NCBI GenBank assembly: GCA_013239625.1
Contig: MU053934.1
Coordinates: forward strand, 9,259,352 to 9,323,351
Direction of reading: 5' to 3'
Length of the DNA stretch: 64,000 bases
Origin: Lama guanicoe
Taxonomy: Eukaryota
Shown here piece after piece: positions 50,660 through 60,709 of the stretch. Position numbers and translations under genes: made by a program. How positions within the stretch are numbered: position 1 is the first letter of the stretch; every line of letters begins with the position of its first letter. The notes beneath the pieces were generated by a model. The model was not told where the DNA came from. It made no database searches and saw only the letters and a list, made by a program, of their open reading frames with translations.

Positions 50660-51190
50660 CACTTGGTTACTCTGTCGGAGGGAGTGTGAAATGGTGCAGC
50701 CACGTTGGAAGATAGCTTGGCAGTTCTTAGAAAGTGGAACACACACTCAGCAGATGACCCGGCAGTTCCATCCTAGGTATCAACCCAAGAGAAGTGAAAA
50801 GATGTCTACGAGAAGACACAGACATGGAGTTCATCACATCCCTGCTCATTGCAGACAGAAATGTCCAGCGGTGTGTGAATGGACAAATACATGGTGGCAT
50901 GTTCGTTGTTAGAAATTTTAAGAAAAGCTACTGATAAATGGAACCGCATGGATAAGTGTCAAAAACACTGAAAATGACTCGTTTCGATACGGTATTATTC
51001 GTGTAGAACAGACAAAAGATCGCTCTAGCGACAGGAAGCAGGTGCGCAGTGACAGAAGCTGGAGGCCGAGCAGCAGTGACTGTGCACGGGGAGCTTCCTA
51101 AGGCAATGGGAGTGCTCCGTGTCCCCAGTTGTCTGTGATCAACCAGCGCACCTGTAGTCTGCTGTGTGAGCATTGTATCTCAACAAAGCT
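50660..51190 (+). mobile_element. L1ME-type 3' fragment
   Basis: ggagtgtgaaatggtgcagccacgttggaagatagcttggcagttctt...tcctaggtatcaacccaagagaagtgaaa. Confidence 0.75.
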
Positions 51191-51319
51191 CACCTCAGAA
51201 GAAAGCAGCACCAGAGGGGAAGGTGTGAGGGGCAGTGTCCTCCATCCTAGGAGCTTCTCTGAGGGTTCGCAGCAGATCTCACAGGCTTTACCTCAGCGGC
51301 GCTCTTGGACTTTGCTGGA

Positions 51320-51497
51320 CCAGGAGCCCTCAACTCACTGCATGTCCGAATCACTCAAAGAGCTGGTCCAAGACTCTGATGTCCAGGCTTTGCTCCCAGA
51401 GATTCAGATGTGTTCTGGGGTTGGGACCACAGCACTGGTTCTTTTTGGAAACCTCCCTAAATAGTTCTGATGTGGAGCCAAGATGGTGAACCACTGG
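51320..51497. mobile_element. MER5-like hAT element
   Basis: gaatcactcaaagagctggtc...cccagagattcagatg...tagttctgatgtggagccaagatggtgaaccactg. Confidence 0.6.
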
Positions 51498-51989
51498 CCT
51501 AGACTTTTGCTCTGTATCCTGGAGAAAGATTATCTCCAAAATGCAGGTCACGTGCTTTCTCGCTGCTTCCTGAGTGACACCGTTAATTGCTCCTCTGGTA
51601 CTGGGAGCAGCACAGCAGCTCGGTGGTGAAGTGCCCAGTAGTGAGCTGCCCCGAGCACAGCGGGAATGAACACGCTGCAGAGGTGAACAGAACTGTGTTT
51701 TTGTGAGTTGACTGTGTAAGCCGAAAGCCCGCAGAGGAGCGCGGCTGGAAGCGAGTAACCCAGAGGTGTACGCAGTTCATGAGACAGTCAAGGAGAGCAT
51801 CCTGCTGACTTAGAGTAACCCCTACCCATGACGTTTCCTATGACTGTAGAAGTAAATCCTCACATATTCAAACCTTGCAGAACAACTGGTTGGTGAAGGA
51901 TTACGGTGCCCTCTTCCAGTGCGGGTGGTGAAGGGATCCTGTAAATCCTCAGAGCCAGGTGAAAACATTACAAGTAGCTGCCTTTTCTT

Positions 51990-52160
51990 CTGTCCTGACT
52001 CTGCTGGGCGCCGTACTGAAAGTGTGATCTTCGCTGTGTAATCCTCGCTCTAACCCTGGGAGGTGGTGCACCCTCTTGTTACACCTGGGAAAATCTAGGC
52101 TTCGTGAAGTTCAGAAGCGCCCGCACATCCCACGGCTGGAGGGCTGAGCAGCAGCTGTCT
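51990..52160 (-). mobile_element. MIR SINE
   Basis: taatcctcgctctaaccctgggaggtgg...gttacacctgggaaaatctaggcttcgtgaagttcag. Confidence 0.6.
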
Positions 52161-53504
52161 TGCAGGTCCTGCCGCCACAGAAGTGTCCCTCCTGCCTCTG
52201 GGTGGTGCATCCCAAGGGCGGGCGCACCGCGTCTCACACACGGTGGTCCACTGCGTCCAGCATCGCTGCGGGCTTTGAGCCTTCTGAGTTGGCTGTCACA
52301 CGTGTGAGGATGGCTCCATCCGTGGATGGAAGCCTTGTGCGCCGTTGCCACACCCGCGCTGGTCGTGTGTGCACGTCGGCGTGAGGACTCGGGCGTCTTT
52401 GTGTTTGTGCCTTTGTCTTGAGGAGCTGTGCTGTGAACTCGTTCTTACCGAATGTCCCTTGGGCTTGGTTCAGTGTGTATTTAACGAGGAGAGGCAGGCC
52501 CGCGTTGGTGCTGTGCTCTTGCCTTAATTCCGGGCTTTTTGATTCTTGTATTACCATTCAGTCATCCATTGTGAGAGCAGACAGAATAACTGAGGTCTGG
52601 GGGGGGGTTTGTTTGTTTCATTTTGCTTTGTTTTGTTTCGGTCAAACTACTGTCTTTTCCCAAAGAAGCCTGGCTATTCTTAGAGGCGGGCCGCGCGCCT
52701 TGCAGGGTGGATCCTCGGAGAGAGTGCTGGCCGAGGTGGGAGGAAACAGTTAGCAAACCGGGGAATTGTCCTGCTGTTTACACTTTATTTCCAGAGGCTA
52801 AATGTTCGTTTGTTTAAGCCAGACTTACTGTCTTGTTGAGATCTGTTACGTCGCGGAAGCGTTGACTGAGCTTGGCTCCTGTTAGGAGCTACAACCTGTG
52901 ACTCATTTGTTACAGGTCTAGAATCAGTTCCCAGCACGTTAGGGGAAAAAACAAACAACCTCCTTGTTTTATGAAGTGCGAACAGAAGGAAACCTGTTAA
53001 CTTCCCAGTCATTTCCCCGGCCACGGACATGAGCGCCGCACGCGGCTGCCGTGGTGGACTTGAGCTTGGTGATGCCCGGCGTCCCGGCCGGCACCCCTGA
53101 GGGCGTCCCACCCCTGGATTCTTTTCCCAGTGATTTTAACCTGTGTCCAGTCTTCAGTGTATAATGGCGAGTTTGTCATCATGCCGCTGTCCAGAATGGG
53201 TCCTTTATGTTACAGACACTTAATGATTTCTATAGCAAATTATCTTGTGTCATTTCATAGCGTGCATGAGAAATACTTATCTGGGAGAGCATTCAGGCGG
53301 GACCCCAGTACAGCCGTGATTTTCAAGCACTCTTTAATTCCCCCTCGCTGCCTGCTTAAATTTCAGTTTTTAGCATGTGATTTTATTTATTTTATATTTT
53401 TGGTAAAAACAAACTGGATTATTAGTTAAAGTGATAATAAATAATCCCCCCAAACTTCAGTATGTTTAGTGCAAATCTTGGCACAGTCATCACGTCCTGA
53501 GGCC

Positions 53505-53610
53505 ATTTTATTTTATTTTTTTAATTTTTATTTTTTAATTTTTTTAAAACTTCTTTTATTGAGTTATAGTCATTTTACAAGGTTGTGTCAAATTCCAGTG
53601 CAGAGCCCAA
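53505..53610 (-). mobile_element. Extremely 5'-truncated young camelid-type L1 3' terminus with A-rich tail
   Basis: T-rich tail followed by ttttattgagttatagtcattttacaaggttgtgtcaaattccagtgcagagc, recalled as the camelid L1 3' end in antisense. Confidence 0.65.
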
Positions 53611-53959
53611 CTAGTGTGTGATCTTATTTCCTTGAAAGAAAATCTTACGCATTGACTCTATCTGGGAATTCTACACCCCCATCCCCAGGAAAATGAGACG
53701 TTTTCTTGCATTGAATAATAGGTCCTGAATACCTTATTTCTCACTTACCAAAAAAACCTGGTTTTTGAAAATAAATTTACGACTTTGCTACTTTGCCTAA
53801 CACAAAGTGGAATTGTGGCAGCGTCGTGAACGTCCTCCCCCAGGCCTCCTCATGCTTTCAGGAGCCACGCCGAACTCGCTCCAGGCGACGTGAGTGTCAC
53901 CGACTGTGCCCTCACCCTCGCTGCCCTTCATCGAGTGTCTGCGGGGTGCTCGTCAGCGC

Positions 53960-54120
53960 AGTGGTCCGTTCCGTTCCCACAGTCACCCTTTGAAGCAGGC
54001 CCTACTGTGCCCGTTTTATAGGCGAGAAAACTTAAGTCCGAGAGGTTAAGAGACTTGCCCAAAGCCGCGCGGCTCAGAAGTGCTACAGAACCGGACCCGG
54101 CCCCCGTGCCCTGGCTCCAT
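53960..54120 (-). mobile_element. MIR SINE
   Basis: cccgttttataggcgagaaaacttaagtccgagaggttaagagacttgcccaaagcc. Confidence 0.75.
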
Positions 54121-55244
54121 GGGCCTCGCTCTTGGTGCCTTGCTGTGTGCCTCCAGCCCTTGGAACACCGCCTGTAGCTGCTGACCCCCCGGCTTTCGCA
54201 TCTCCTCCCCCTGACCCAGACCCTCCCCACAGCCCTGTGTATTTGTGTATTTACCTCCTTCCTGTTCATCCTTCTCACCTCAGGCTTAATGTCACTTCTG
54301 CAGGGAGGCCTTCCCTGGGAGCCCCAGGCTATGTGGTCCCCTGGCGACACCAGACACTAAGGTCACCTGGCGTGGAGATGTGCCCGTGTTCCTGGCAGGT
54401 TTGGGTCATTCGTTCGCCAGGAGCCAGAGAGGCTTGGTTGATAGTCCTTCCTCTCCGTGCCACCCCCAGGCCCTGGCTCCTTTCCTGGGTCTCCTCTTCA
54501 CCCTGGCTCTCCTTTCCCATTTGGAGACTTGCTCGGTAGCGCCCCCATGCTGTAGGGAGGTGCATGGCAGATGTTTGGACAAGTGGGGCATGAGGGCTGC
54601 ATTGAGAAACTGTGGCTCCGGTCCCAGGTGGGGCCACTACCAGCCTGGCCGTGAAACCTCCCCCTGTACTTGTCCCTGTGAGGCCACCCTCTGCAGTGGT
54701 CTGACACTTCACGCCAGTGCTGCTCAGACCGCCCACACTGAAGGGCTTAGTATCTTTCCCCCAAAACCATCCTGAATTAGTATGTTTATAAAAGATAATA
54801 CAGATGAATTACTGGAAAACTAAATTTTTTTTTAAGACATAGAAAATTCAAGCAAATTTTATCATAAGATTCAACAGACAAAGTGTGACTCAGATTGCTG
54901 GCAGTGTCTCACCCTTTCCCATGCTGTCCTTGCAGACTGACAGTGCTCTGCAGAGCTCACTTTGAATAGCACTTAAGAAACCACAGGGAGGGTTCCTAAT
55001 TTTTGAGCCTCATTGTCCTTACCTGTGATACTTACCCTGGCATTGTCAGAATTGAATGAAGTCATTCCAGTGTCTGTCGCGGCCTGGTAGATACTGGGTG
55101 TCTAGTAAGTAGTGAGTGGTTCATTCACCACCCTCCGCTGCCTAGGGCAGCGTACGGGAACTATATGTCTTCTCTCCTTTCCTGCCTTCAGCAAGTCTAT
55201 GTGTCACAACCAGCTGGAGGTCCGAGTTCTTTCAGCCGGATGTG

Positions 55245-57690
55245 GTGTTTAGAATCATTAGTCTTATGCTGAGAATGTCCATTGCTACTGGCTTGTCTTT
55301 GCATCTAGGCCTTTACAGTAAACAGGAAATAAATATTTTTTAGGAAGAGAAAAAACAGATCATGAGTTCTTGCTAATACTTCTGATTTAGATGTAAAATT
55401 AACTGTTTTGTTACTTCTTTTTTATGCTAAAAAATCTTGGCTCCTAATAACATTAATTACCCATTTGTTTTAAACCAAGTCTCTAAACAAGGGTTCAGCA
55501 TGGCAATCCCAGCGTCGCAGTGCTGAGACCACCACGTGCCGCTGTGAGACCGCGTTCTGGGCGCATCTCACTGGGGTGTCACGTCAGAAAACTGGTTCAG
55601 TTCTGGGAAATAATCTGTCTTTGTTTCATGTGTCATCAGATTAATTTGCTTTCTTCTGTTTTTATACCTTTATAAATTTAATTCCTCAAAATTGAGGCAT
55701 AATTGACATACACCATAATGTTCATTTCAGGTAACGTAATGATTCAGCATTTGTATATATGGTGAAATTATCACCACAGTAAGTCTAGTTGGCATGCATT
55801 AGAAACTTACTTTTTAAAAATGTTATAAAACATGCACAGGATTCCAGAGTCAGAATTGTGTGACCAGGTACATTCACAGAGGCCCAGCCTCCATTCCGGT
55901 TTCGTCCACTTCATCCTCTGCTTTGCTCTTTAACCATGATTCATTTTTGATTTAACCAATATTAAAAACTCATCTGTTTCTCCTTTACTACACAAAAGGT
56001 TCACATATCAGCCTGTTCCGCACTCTGTTGTTTTCACTTAGCACTATATCCTCATGGTCTCTGCACAGCAGCACATCAGTGATGTTCTCCGTTCGTTTTC
56101 ACAGCTACAAGAGAAGTCTTCTACAGACATGCCGTGGCTTATTCACCCAGCCTCTTGATGGGTTTTGGAGTTGTCCACAGGATCTTTGTTATAAACTGTG
56201 CTACATTCAGCATTGTTAATCATCAGAGCCGTGCAAATCAAAACCACAGTGACAGAACACGTCACACCCACTAGGGTGTCTAAAATAAAAAGCAGACAAT
56301 AACAAGTGTTAACAAGGATGTAGAGAAATTGGAACACTCATACGTTGCTGGTGGAATGTAAAATGGGCCAGCCACTCTGAAGAACAGTCAAGCAGTTCCT
56401 CAGAATGTTAAACATAGAGTTACCATAGGAGTAAACAGTTCCACTCCTTGGTAGGTAGCCAAGAGAATTGAATACGTATATCCATTCAAAAATATGTACA
56501 CAAATGATTATAGCAGCTTTGTTAACACTAATGGTCATAATAGCCAAACATTTGAAACAACTCAAGTGTGCATCCACGGATGAATGGAAAATAAAATATA
56601 ATATCCAGACAATGGAATATTATTCAGCCATAAAGAGGAAGGGAGTGCTGGTACCATCTTCAAGGATGAGCCTTGGAAGCGTCACGCTAAGTGAGAGACG
56701 CCAGTCAACAGAGGACCACAAGTTGAATGATTCCATGTATGTGCAACGCCCAGAATAGGCAAACCCATAGAGAAGGTAGATGCGTAGTTATGAGGATTGG
56801 AGAGAAGAAGAGATGAGGAGTGACTGCTGATAGGAATGGCGTTTCTTTGGGGGGTAATGAAAACGTCCTAAACTTAGCGGTGATAGTTACACAGCATCGT
56901 GAATAGACCAAAATCCACTGAATTGTACTCTGTAAAAGGGTGAGTTTTGTGGTGTGTGAATTATATCTCAATAAAACTGTTATAAAAATATATAAACTGG
57001 GCAGCAGTAAATAACCTTGTGTCAAACATAATTTCACGTGACAACGTATTTTTGATCACCAACCCTAGAAATGGGATTACTGGGTCAAAGATGCGCTAAC
57101 GTGTGTGAGTTTGCCAGATGCTGCCCGGTCCCTTCCGGGGGCGGTACCCGTTCGCGTTCCCTCCAGCAGTGTCTGAGGGCGCATTTCCGGTCCCCTCCCC
57201 AGCAGCACGTGTTGTCACGCTTGGTGAGCTGCTGTTCTGGCAGGTGGCAGACGGTGTCTCAGTGTAGTAACCGTTGGCCTTTATCTTATTAGGGGCAGAT
57301 CGAGCAGATTCCGGTGTCTCCGCAGTCCATCTGCATTTCTTTTTTTTCTGCGCCATTTATGTTTATGTGTTTCATCTATTTTTCTATTGGATTGTTGGTC
57401 TTTTCTCAACTTTTACAAGTTCTTTGTATATTAAAATACTAACCCTTTGCCTGTGATAGCTTACAAATCATTTTTTACAGTTTTCATTTGCCTTTTTTAA
57501 AAATGTAGCCAATTTTTAAAACCTTTCCCTATTGCTTCTGGGTTTTGAAACATAGTTGAAAGCATTTTCCCTACTTCTGAATTAGAAAAAGAATTCACTT
57601 ACTAGTAAAGTGAGATTCATTTGGAGTTTATCCAGGTGAACAAAATTAGGAAGGAATTCAGTTTTATCCTGTTCTATATGGCTGTCCAGG
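55245..57690 (-). mobile_element. Old L1 (L1MC-like) antisense host with nested insertions
   Basis: cattgctactggcttgtc...tctaggcctttacagt (3' UTR), continuing after ~57000 with cctagaaatgggattactgggtcaaag and antisense ORF2 text. Confidence 0.6.
56206..56990 (+). mobile_element. L1MB-type 3' fragment nested in the antisense L1
   Basis: tgcaaatcaaaaccacagtgac...cacacccactaggg...ggaatattattcagccataaagagg...tgtgaattatatctcaataaaactgtt; degenerate TSD tataaactg(t/g)gc at 56190-56201 and 56991-57002. Confidence 0.85.
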
Positions 57691-57909
57691 ATGATACTGA
57701 GGAAGGGTGAAAAGAAACATAAAATACCACTTTTTGTTTACACGTCTGTTTTTAAATATTTCTGGATTGATACAGGTGTTTCAGATAATTGCATAGACAA
57801 TATTATTACAGCAGTGAGTAGAAAAATTAAGAGGGAAAAACGAATCTGTAACGTCCAGCCCTTCCCATTCTGTCTCAGTGTATAAATTTGTCCTCTCCGT
57901 TCTTTCTAG

Positions 57910-57973
57910 GTGAACGAGCTGGATGGCATTCCCCTGATCCTGGACAGCTGCAGCATGGATGACAGTAACCCCT
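57910..57973 (+). CDS. ATXN10: Ataxin-10 internal coding exon (equivalent to human exon 10), 64 bp
   Basis: Acceptor tgtcctctccgttctttctAG (57908-57909). Translates VNELDGIPLILDSCSMDDSNP + T, continuing NQDK-VNELDGIPLIL of ataxin-10 in phase 0. Followed by GTATCCTT. Confidence 0.96.
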
Positions 57974-57981
57974 GTATCCTT
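57974..57981 (+). promoter_or_regulatory. U12-type (minor spliceosome) 5' splice site GTATCCTT of the intron 10 equivalent
   Basis: Exact match to the RTATCCTT U11-binding consensus immediately after the 64-bp exon; poor match to U2-type GTRAGT. Confidence 0.92.
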
Positions 57982-59494
57982 GTGTGGGAACTTCTGAGCA
58001 CTAGTTCACACTCGGGGGCCTCAGCGGAACAAGCCCCTTTCCTGGTGTTCACTCAGCGGGTAGCTGGCTGGCTCTCCTGTTTGCTTGTTCCCAAGAAGGA
58101 AGCCACCTTCTCAAAGCTAGAGAGCCAGAATATCTCTCCTGCAACCTGTGCAGTGTAGGAAGCAAACATTTTCAGGGTGGACAGGACATCTAACCCAGCA
58201 TTCCGCTAAAAGGCGCTTTAAAACCCTGAGGCACAGCTCATTCATGGCACGTGCACGCAGCATGTCACTGATGTCACCTTTCCAAACTGTGTGTGTTCCT
58301 TGGAGTAAATGTGAAGTTTATATTTTTTTCTATAGAGATTCAAAGTATCCAGTCCTTGGGAAGAACGATTTTAACAGTAGTTTGGAGGCAGAGACATGAG
58401 GAGACTAGGGACCTCAGGGATAGGGGAGCGTTTCCATGGCCCTGAGTTCTTGTTTCTGCTGGGCACTGTCCTGTGACCCTCTTACTGAAGCTGGGGACTC
58501 TGGCTCTTGCCCTTCCTGGCCTGACCACCCTTCTGGAGGCTGTTCTCCAGGGAACTCGTCATGCTTTACGGCTTCTCCAGGGAGTCGAACTGTGGGAAAC
58601 TGATCTAGTACGGTGACCGGCAGCCAGGACCAGAGACAGGCTGTTTAGGTTCGAGAGATAATCTGTTTAATTTCAAGAGCTTCCCTAGTGAGAACCAGAC
58701 GCAGCCCTGTCCCTTGACCCGGCTGCTGCAGCCCTTGTGCTGATCACATGCCGGGGAGGGGTGAGTGAGGCAGCTGCAAGGACGGGGAGGCTGCAGCCCT
58801 GTGGGGGACAGTGAGGAGCCCGGGCTAGGGCCTAGGAGACCGAGGATGGGGATTTTATTTTAAAAAATGCTCACTGTGGTTTCTGTCAAGAAGAGAAAAG
58901 CAGCTGATGAAAATCATGTGCTTCAAAGTAAGTAGATTGAGAACTGCTTATTGTTTGTGCTAGAGATGCTGCCATTTGTCTGATCAGCAATAGAAAATCT
59001 GTTTTTAAGTGTCTGATAGCTCATCAGCACAATCAGGGAAAAATAAGCCAACAGCCTCAGAAGACGTTCCTCGAAGGTGCAGCGGTTGGTTCGCCGCACT
59101 GCGTCATAACCAGGCACTGCAGGCTGTGCTCATTAGAGAGTTTTGACATTTTTTCGCCCCAAAAGAAGGAAGGGAAAAAGGAAAGAAGAAAGCTTTCCGT
59201 CACAGGAAAGCAGTAAAAGAACGTTCAGGTGTGACTGCAGGTGTTGCATTTCTTGATGAAAAGATGATTTATTACCAACAAAGAAATGCACCCAGTCTTA
59301 CCTCTGTATCCCTGAATTGACCTTCTAGTGAGAAGAGGCTTCCATCACTAATCTTTGGCTTTTAGCAAAGACCGAAAGATTAAAAGGCTCCGCACGCAGC
59401 GTGCCGTGGCTCTGCAGATGCGCTGCGTGTGGTTCCCGCTCGCGGAGTCTTCGCTGGCACCCTCCTTGCCCCGTACTTGCTCCTTCACTTCTTT

Positions 59495-59705
59495 CAGGAG
59501 CGTCTGTTGAGCCCTTGCTGTGTGTCGCACACTGTGCACGCGTTGCTTAATCCCGACAGCGCTGTGAAGTGGGTGCTGTCACCATCCTCATCTTCATTAG
59601 CAGAGGAGAAGGTAAACCGAGGGAGCCTTAATGACTTGCCTTAAAAGTCAAACCCAGAATTTAAATGTGGTGTGTGCCCAATTTTAGCCACTTTCCTAAA
59701 CTGTC
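59495..59705 (-). mobile_element. MIR SINE
   Basis: cttaatcccgacagcgctgtgaagtggg...cattagcagaggagaaggtaaaccgagggagccttaatgacttgcc. Confidence 0.65.
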
Positions 59706-60289
59706 TCCCGTGAGTCATTGGGAGGGGACAGAACACACACAGAGAAACCCCAGTCACCAATTCACGGAGTGAAGTTACTTGAAATTATACATTGAAAATT
59801 TTATATGACTATAGCTAACTGGTTTTTCAAATGATAATTAATGAAGCATTGCAGGATCGCAGAATCTTTTATAGTTGTCAAAAAGAGGCAGAATATTCCC
59901 TATTTAGTGTTATGTATATTTAGTAACTCTGAAGTTTTGTTTATTAGAGCCTACCAGATTTTAAAGACTTATAAACTCTGCTTAATAAGATAGGAGATAT
60001 ATACTAAAATAGCAGAGCAAAGGGAGGATGATGGTTGAATGGTCAGAAATGAAGAAGCACTATTGTAGCCGAGGGATTCTGTTTTTAGGTGTGAGCCATA
60101 AGCTAAAACCTGGCCCTCCTAGTGGCCAGAGCAGGTGGGGCTGCAGTGGGATCACAGAGTGAAGTCTGTGCCCTTGCTCCGCTCTGCTCTCGGGCAAGTT
60201 GTCCCAAGAGTTATGTGATTTCCCTGATCTTGCCTCCATACCGCCCGCTCACCTTCCCCCACACCCTATTCTTAGAGTTTTTCCTTTCC

Positions 60290-60670
60290 TAATATTTTTT
60301 TACTCATCAAAGTAGTAAGTCTGTAAATCTATATTGGGTTTTCTTTTTCGTGCCAACAGGTATGGAGTGGGGGGGGTGCGACCTCTGGCCCCACCCCCCA
60401 CCCACAGCGGTTCACTGTCCCAGCTCCCCCTCCCGGCCGCTGCTTCTGTGTAGCTGAGCGACGTGCTCTGCCGCTCTTGCTTGCTATAGCACACTTCGAC
60501 GCTATCTGTTTGCTCTGTCGTGACGCTGGGGTTTCGCTCTTGTCCACCGCTGCCGCTCCCCGCGACGTCACGCTCCCACTGCAGTTAAGGTCCTGTGTAC
60601 CGTTGCCTGCGTGACCGATGAGGCTGAGCATCTTCTCAAGTGTTTACTTGCCGTTTGGATTGTGTGTTTT

Positions 60671-60709
<39 letters not shown>

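Larger units (their letters stand above)
6260..57909 (+). other. ATXN10: ATXN10 intron 9 equivalent (51,650 bp, GT-AG, U2-type)
   Basis: Bounded by the exon 9 donor and the exon 10 acceptor; the protein is continuous across the junction (..NQDK|VNEL..). Confidence 0.93.

Noticed and set aside
6260..57909. Nested gene, snoRNA or miRNA, CRISPR array or other prokaryote-like system in the long intron
   Set aside because: I recognised no spaced direct-repeat array, multi-exon ORF chain or RNA-gene box structure by eye; an Infernal/Rfam scan would be needed to exclude small RNAs.
57908..57915. AG|GTGAAC at the start of exon 10 as a zero-length recursive site
   Set aside because: GTGAAC is a weak donor and is explained by the conserved Val-Asn codons.
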